From the NCBI GenBank assembly GCA_963836205.1, contig CAWIIV010000024.1:220718-284717 (forward strand): 64,000 nucleotides of DNA, in the 5' to 3' direction. This document shows, in pieces, positions 59,473 to 64,000 of this stretch. Made by a program: the position numbers and the translations under genes. The DNA is from an uncultured Acidimicrobiia bacterium. Its GTDB lineage: Bacteria > Actinomycetota > Acidimicrobiia > Acidimicrobiales > AC-14. The first letter of the stretch is position 1. The number at the start of each line of letters is the position of its first letter. The notes under the pieces are model-generated. The model ran no database searches and was not told the origin of the DNA. It saw nothing but the letters and a program-made list of their open reading frames with translations.

Positions 59473-61401
59473 ATGTTCCAGCGTCCGCCGGCCGGCACCA
59501 TTCCCGATGCGCCCGGGTCCTACCAGTTCAAGGACAAGGACGGGCGGGTCATCTACGTGGGCAAGGCCCACAGCCTGCGGTCGCGCCTGTCGAACTACTT
59601 CGTGACCACGTCGTCGCTGCCCGCCCGCACCGCCCAGATGGTGGCCGCGGCCGAGTCGGTGGAGTGGATCCAGGTCCGCAACGACGTCGAGGCCCTCATG
59701 CTCGAGTACAACCTCATAAAGCGGCACCGGCCCCGGTTCAACATCCGCCTCCGCGACGACAAGAGCTACCCGTTCCTGGCCATCACCGAGGGCGACCAGT
59801 GGCCCCGGGCCATGGTCATGCGGGGCAAGAAGCGCAAGGACACCCGGTACTTCGGCCCCTTCGGCCACGCCTACGCCATCCGGGAGACGCTCGACCTCCT
59901 CCTGCGCACGTTCCCGATCCGGACGTGCAGCGACAACAAGTTCGCCCACCATGAGCGCCTCGGCCGCCCGTGCCTGCTCTTCCACATCGAGAAGTGCAAG
60001 GGACCGTGCGTGGGCGAGATCGACGAGGTCGAGTACGACCGGCTGGTGGCGCAGCTGGTGCAGTTCCTCGACGGCGACACCCAGCCCATCGTCCACCACC
60101 TCGAACAGCAGATGCGGGAGGCGGCCGACTCCCAGGAGTACGAGCGGGCGGCCCGGCTCCGCGACCGGCTGGCCAGCGTCCGCAAGGCCATCGAGAAGCA
60201 GACGATCGTCACCGAGCGCCCGGAGGACCTCGACGTCATCGGGATGGCGGGCGACGAGCTCGAAGCGGCCGTCCAGGTCTTCTTCGTGCGCCGGGGCCGG
60301 GTGGTGGGCCGCAAGGGCTTCGTCCTCGACCTGGTGGAGGACGTGTCGCCCGGTGAGCTGGTGGGGCGGGTCCTCGAAGGGCTCTACGCCGAGGCCGACG
60401 CGGCCGACATCCCCCACCAGGTCCTCGTCCCCGACGAGCCGGCCGACGCCGACGTCTACCGGGAGTTCCTGTGCGAGCTGCGGGGCTCGAAGGTGTCGAT
60501 CCGGGTGCCCCAGCGGGGCGACAAGAGGGAGCTGCAGGCGACGGTCACCCAGAACGCCAGGGAGGAGTTCGTGCGCCACCGGCTGCGGCGGGCGTCCGAC
60601 CACAACGCCCGGGCCCGGGCCCTCACCGCCCTCCAGGACGCCCTCGGCCTCCCCGACGCCCCCCTGCGCATCGAGTGCTTCGACATGAGCCACATCCAGG
60701 GGTCCGACTACGTGGGTTCGATGGTGGTCATGGAGGACGGGCTGCCCAAGAAGAGCGACTACCGCCGGTTCCGGATCAAGGAGGTCCCCGGCAACGACGA
60801 CTTCGCGGCCATGGAGGAGGTGCTCACCCGCCGCCTCACCGCCCTGGTCGCCGAGCGCGACCGGTCCCTCGGCGATCCGGGCCGCTCGCGGAAGTTCGCC
60901 TACCCTCCCAACCTGCTGGTGGTCGACGGCGGTCGGGGCCAGCTCAACGTGGCCCAGCGGGTGGTCGAGTCGCTCGGCCTGGAGGAGGAGATCTCGGTGG
61001 CGGGCCTGGCCAAGCGCTTCGAGGAGATCTTCGTGCCCGGCCAGGCCGATCCCATCCGCATCCCGAGGCAGTCAGAGGCGCTCTACATGCTGCAACGGCT
61101 GCGGGACGAAGCCCACCGCTTCGCCATCACCTACCACCGCGAGCTGCGGGGCAAGCGCATGACCACCAGCGTCCTCGACGGGGTCAAGGGCCTGGGGGAG
61201 ACCCGCAAGAAGCGCCTGGTCAAGGAGCTGGGAGGGATCAAGGCGGTGAAGGAGGCGTCGCTGGAGGACCTGCTCTCCCTGAAGTGGCTCCCGGACGCGG
61301 TCGGCGTGGCCGTCTACCAGCGAGTCCATGGCCAACTGGTGACGAATTCGGGCGCAGGGCGACCGAAAGTGTCACCGGTTCGGGACGCCGAGGACCAGTG
61401 A
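59473..61401 (+). CDS. uvrC: Excinuclease ABC subunit C
   Basis: GIY-YIG (IYVGKA-LRSR), RIECFDMSH, VDGGRGQL, RDEAHRFAI. Confidence 0.97.
   Translation: MFQRPPAGTIPDAPGSYQFKDKDGRVIYVGKAHSLRSRLSNYFVTTSSLPARTAQMVAAAESVEWIQVRNDVEALMLEYNLIKRHRPRFNIRLRDDKSYPFLAITEGDQWPRAMVMRGKKRKDTRYFGPFGHAYAIRETLDLLLRTFPIRTCSDNKFAHHERLGRPCLLFHIEKCKGPCVGEIDEVEYDRLVAQLVQFLDGDTQPIVHHLEQQMREAADSQEYERAARLRDRLASVRKAIEKQTIVTERPEDLDVIGMAGDELEAAVQVFFVRRGRVVGRKGFVLDLVEDVSPGELVGRVLEGLYAEADAADIPHQVLVPDEPADADVYREFLCELRGSKVSIRVPQRGDKRELQATVTQNAREEFVRHRLRRASDHNARARALTALQDALGLPDAPLRIECFDMSHIQGSDYVGSMVVMEDGLPKKSDYRRFRIKEVPGNDDFAAMEEVLTRRLTALVAERDRSLGDPGRSRKFAYPPNLLVVDGGRGQLNVAQRVVESLGLEEEISVAGLAKRFEEIFVPGQADPIRIPRQSEALYMLQRLRDEAHRFAITYHRELRGKRMTTSVLDGVKGLGETRKKRLVKELGGIKAVKEASLEDLLSLKWLPDAVGVAVYQRVHGQLVTNSGAGRPKVSPVRDAEDQ
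61334..61380 (+). repeat. REP-like palindrome copy E, inside the uvrC 3' end
   Basis: AACTGGTGAC-N27-GTCACCGGTT. Confidence 0.78.
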
Positions 61402-62129
61402 CCGACGCCAACCTGTGGGAGGAGCACGCCCGGTGGTGGCAGGACGCCTTCACCGACGGCGCCGACGCCGAGTACACCGAGCAGATCCTCCCGTTGGCCG
61501 CGACCCACCTGGAGGGCGCGGTCGACGTGCTCGACGTGGGGACGGGTGAGGGCCAGGTGGCCCGGCTGGCGGCCACGATCGACGGGGTGGCCCGCGTGGT
61601 CGGCGTCGACTTCGCCCGGGCCCAGCTGGCCGTGGCCGTGCGGCGGGCGGGCGGGCCCGCGTTCGCCCGGGCCGCGGCGGGCGCCCTCCCGTTCCCGGCG
61701 GCGTCCTTCGACGCGGTCGTCGCCTGCCTCGTCTTCGAGCACATCGACGACGCCGCCGGCGCCATCGCCGAGGTGGGCCGGGTCCTGCGCCGAGGCGGCC
61801 GGTTCCTCTTCTTCCTCAACCACCCGCTGCTCCAGGCGCCGGGTTCGGGATGGATCGACGACCACATCCTGGAGGAGCAGTACTGGCGCATCGGCCCCTA
61901 CCTCACCGAGGACACGTCGCTGGAGGAGGTGGAGAAGGACGTCTTCCTGCCCTTCGTCCACCGGCCGCTCTCCCGGTACGTCAACGCCCTCGCCGACGCG
62001 GGGATGGTGATCCGCCGGATGGAGGAGCCGCCGCCGCCCCCCGGCTTCCTCGAACGGGCCCAGGAGTACCGCGACGCGGCCACCATCCCCCGCCTCCTCT
62101 TCCTGCGGGTCGAGAAGCTCCTGTCGTAG
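61398..62129 (+). CDS. Class I SAM-dependent methyltransferase
   Basis: VLDVGTGEG, LPF-SFDAV, RVLRRGG. Confidence 0.88.
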   Translation: MTDANLWEEHARWWQDAFTDGADAEYTEQILPLAATHLEGAVDVLDVGTGEGQVARLAATIDGVARVVGVDFARAQLAVAVRRAGGPAFARAAAGALPFPAASFDAVVACLVFEHIDDAAGAIAEVGRVLRRGGRFLFFLNHPLLQAPGSGWIDDHILEEQYWRIGPYLTEDTSLEEVEKDVFLPFVHRPLSRYVNALADAGMVIRRMEEPPPPPGFLERAQEYRDAATIPRLLFLRVEKLLS

Positions 62130-62194
62130 GCGGTCGGTATCCTGGACGACGTGCGCTTCCCCCGCCCACGTCCGCGGAACCCCGGGGAATTCGA

Positions 62195-62597
62195 ATGCTG
62201 TCCGACCACGACCGCCGTGAACTGTTCGTCGCTCTGGAGGAGGCCTTGGCCAAGGACCTGCAGGCTCGCTGATGGATGCTCCTGCGGCGCCCGGCTGGAC
62301 CGATGTCGCCCGCGAGTCCAAAGTCGTCGCCATTCGGGGGATGAATGCACCAGCCTGGCGATTTCAGAGGGGGCGATGGCGGAGCTTCGGGGGAGGTGGG
62401 GGAGCGCGGGGGTGATTTTGGAAACGTCAGGCGCTGACGTCGGGGAGCGGGGAGGCGAGCTGAAGGCCCAGATCGCCAGGCTCCGAGGCGAGGTTCTGGG
62501 CTCGGGTCCCGAGGCTGATCTGCGGCCAACATCGGGTCGATGATGGGTATCGCCGGGCTCGTCTTCGGCATCGCAGCTCGGCTGCGGACTGGCATGA
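62195..62597 (+). CDS. Hypothetical coiled-coil/C-terminal TM protein, frame broken
   Basis: MLSDHDRRELFVALEE start, ELKAQIA-LRGE, MMGIAGLVFGIA end in different frames. Confidence 0.35.
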
Positions 62598-63437
62598 GCG
62601 AGTTCATGATCGTCACCGGGGTGTCGGGGGCGGGGCGGTCGGAGGCGGCGACACGTTCGAGGATCTCGGCTGGTTCGTGATCGACAACGTGCCGCTGAGC
62701 TCATCGGCAAGGTGGGCGGGCTGCGCCAGGCGCCGGGGGCGGCCACCGAGCGCGTCGCGCTCGTGGTGGGCAGCGGCGACTACCCGGCGAGGTCCGCCCG
62801 CCCTCGAGCAGCTGCGGGCGTCGGCCGGCCCGGGTGCGGATCCTGTTCCTCGAGGCCAGCGACGAGGCGCTCGTCCGCCGCTACGAGAAGACCCGGCGGC
62901 GCCACCCGATGGACGAGTGCGAGAGGGTCGCCGAGGGCATCGCGAAGGAACGCTCGCGCCTCGAAGCGGTGAAGTCCGAGGCCGACGTGGTCGTCGACAC
63001 CAGCGACCTCAACGTGCACCAGCTCCGCGACCACCTCGTCGAGCTCTCGGCAAGGAGCCCGAGGGCGGGATGCAGACCAGCGTCGTCTCGTTCGGGTACA
63101 AGCCGGGCTGCCGCTCGACGTCGACTCGTCTTCGACTGCCGCTTCCCTCCCAACCCGCACTGGGTCAAGGCCCTCCGGCCCCTCACCGGCCTCGACGCGC
63201 CCGTCGGCGCCTTACGTGGCAGCCAGCCCGAGACGGCGGAGTTCCTCGCCCGGCTCGACGACCTGCTCGGCCTGCTGCTGCCCGCGTACGTCACCGAGGG
63301 CAAGAGGTACCTCTGGATCGGGGTCGGGTGCACCGGCGGCAGGCACCGCTCGGTCGACATCGCCGAGGCGATCGGCGAGCTGTTGCGCGAACCAGGGCTT
63401 CCAACCGAGGGTCACCCACCGCGACCTTGGGAAGTAG
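62594..63437 (+). CDS. rapZ: RNase adapter RapZ/YvcJ (multiple frameshifts)
   Basis: IVTGVSGAGRS, IDN, LVRRY-TRRRHP, SFGYK, DCRF-PNPHW, GCTGGRHRSV. Confidence 0.88.
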
Positions 63438-63461
63438 AGCGGGTCGACGGCGCATGCAGCC

Positions 63462-64000
63462 ATGAAAGGTCGTCGCCCTCGGGGGCGGACACGGTTTGTC
63501 GGTGAGCCTTGCCGGCCATGCCGCGCTAGCCTCCAACGTCACCGCGATGGTGTCGGTCGCCGACGACGGTGGCTCGAGCGGCCGCCTGCGGCTGACGTTC
63601 GGGATCCCTGCCCCGGGGGACATCCGCCGCTGCCTCGCGGCCCTCGCCGCCCCGGGTCGGTGTCGGTCGACGCCTTCGAGTACCGGCTCAATGCCGGTGA
63701 GCTCGAGGGCCACGCGGTGGGCAACCTTCTGATCGCGGGGCTGGCGGCAGGTCGGGCGATTTCGTGTTCGCCCTCGGCGAGGCCGGGCGGCTGCTGGGCG
63801 CCGTCGGACGGGTCTTCCCGGCCACCCGGGAGCCGGTCGTGCTCAAGGCGGTCGTGCGGGCAGCCGACGGCGACGGGGCGAGCGACGTCGAGGGCCAGGT
63901 GGCGGTGGGGAACAGTGGCCGCATCGCCGGGGTGTGGCTGGTGCCGGCCGATCCCCGGCCCACCCAGGCCGCCTCGACGCCTTGGCGGCGGCCGACCAGG
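63462..64000 (+). CDS. yvcK: YvcK-family protein (partial, multiple frameshifts)
   Basis: VVALGGGHGL, VADDGGSSGRLR, PGDIRRCL, GHAVGNL, VEGQ. Confidence 0.85.
   Translation, partial: MKGRRPRGRTRFVGEPCRPCRASLQRHRDGVGRRRRWLERPPAADVRDPCPGGHPPLPRGPRRPGSVSVDAFEYRLNAGELEGHAVGNLLIAGLAAGRAISCSPSARPGGCWAPSDGSSRPPGSRSCSRRSCGQPTATGRATSRARWRWGTVAASPGCGWCRPIPGPPRPPRRLGGGRP

Noticed and set aside
62190-64000. Apparent pseudogenisation of rapZ and yvcK
   Set aside because: Indel density rises towards the window end while the motifs stay intact, suggesting low-coverage assembly.

Overview
High-GC actinobacterial DNA (Acidimicrobiia-like by gene content; inference) on the conserved polA-rpsA-coaE-uvrB-uvrA-uvrC-rapZ-yvcK backbone. 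Inserted into this backbone are three blocks. (1) A Tad/Flp pilus locus (12.5-25.6 kb) with three tandem Flp pilin cassettes, a fourth cassette lacking an ORF, an ISL3 element with an 8-bp target duplication, and a NarL-type two-component system. (2) A surface-glycan cluster (35.2-57.2 kb). (3) An 8.3-kb island inside that cluster, with IS630-like ends at a duplicated TA, internal repeats, a tyrosine recombinase, two PIN toxin-antitoxin pairs and a lower-GC cassette encoding a TM-PRTase, a sedoheptulose-7-phosphate-cyclase-like protein and a PfkB kinase. Main candidates for novelty: that cyclitol cassette and its carrier element; an NAD-I-riboswitch-like fold upstream of nadA; a sigma-28-type promoter motif shared by pilin, tad and glycosylation genes; and AbiEi/DUF559-like nuclease genes bracketed by REP-like palindromes that also occur elsewhere in the window. 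Single-base frameshifts in essential genes, most frequent near the 3' end, look like long-read consensus errors. All calls are from reading the sequence; no searches were run.
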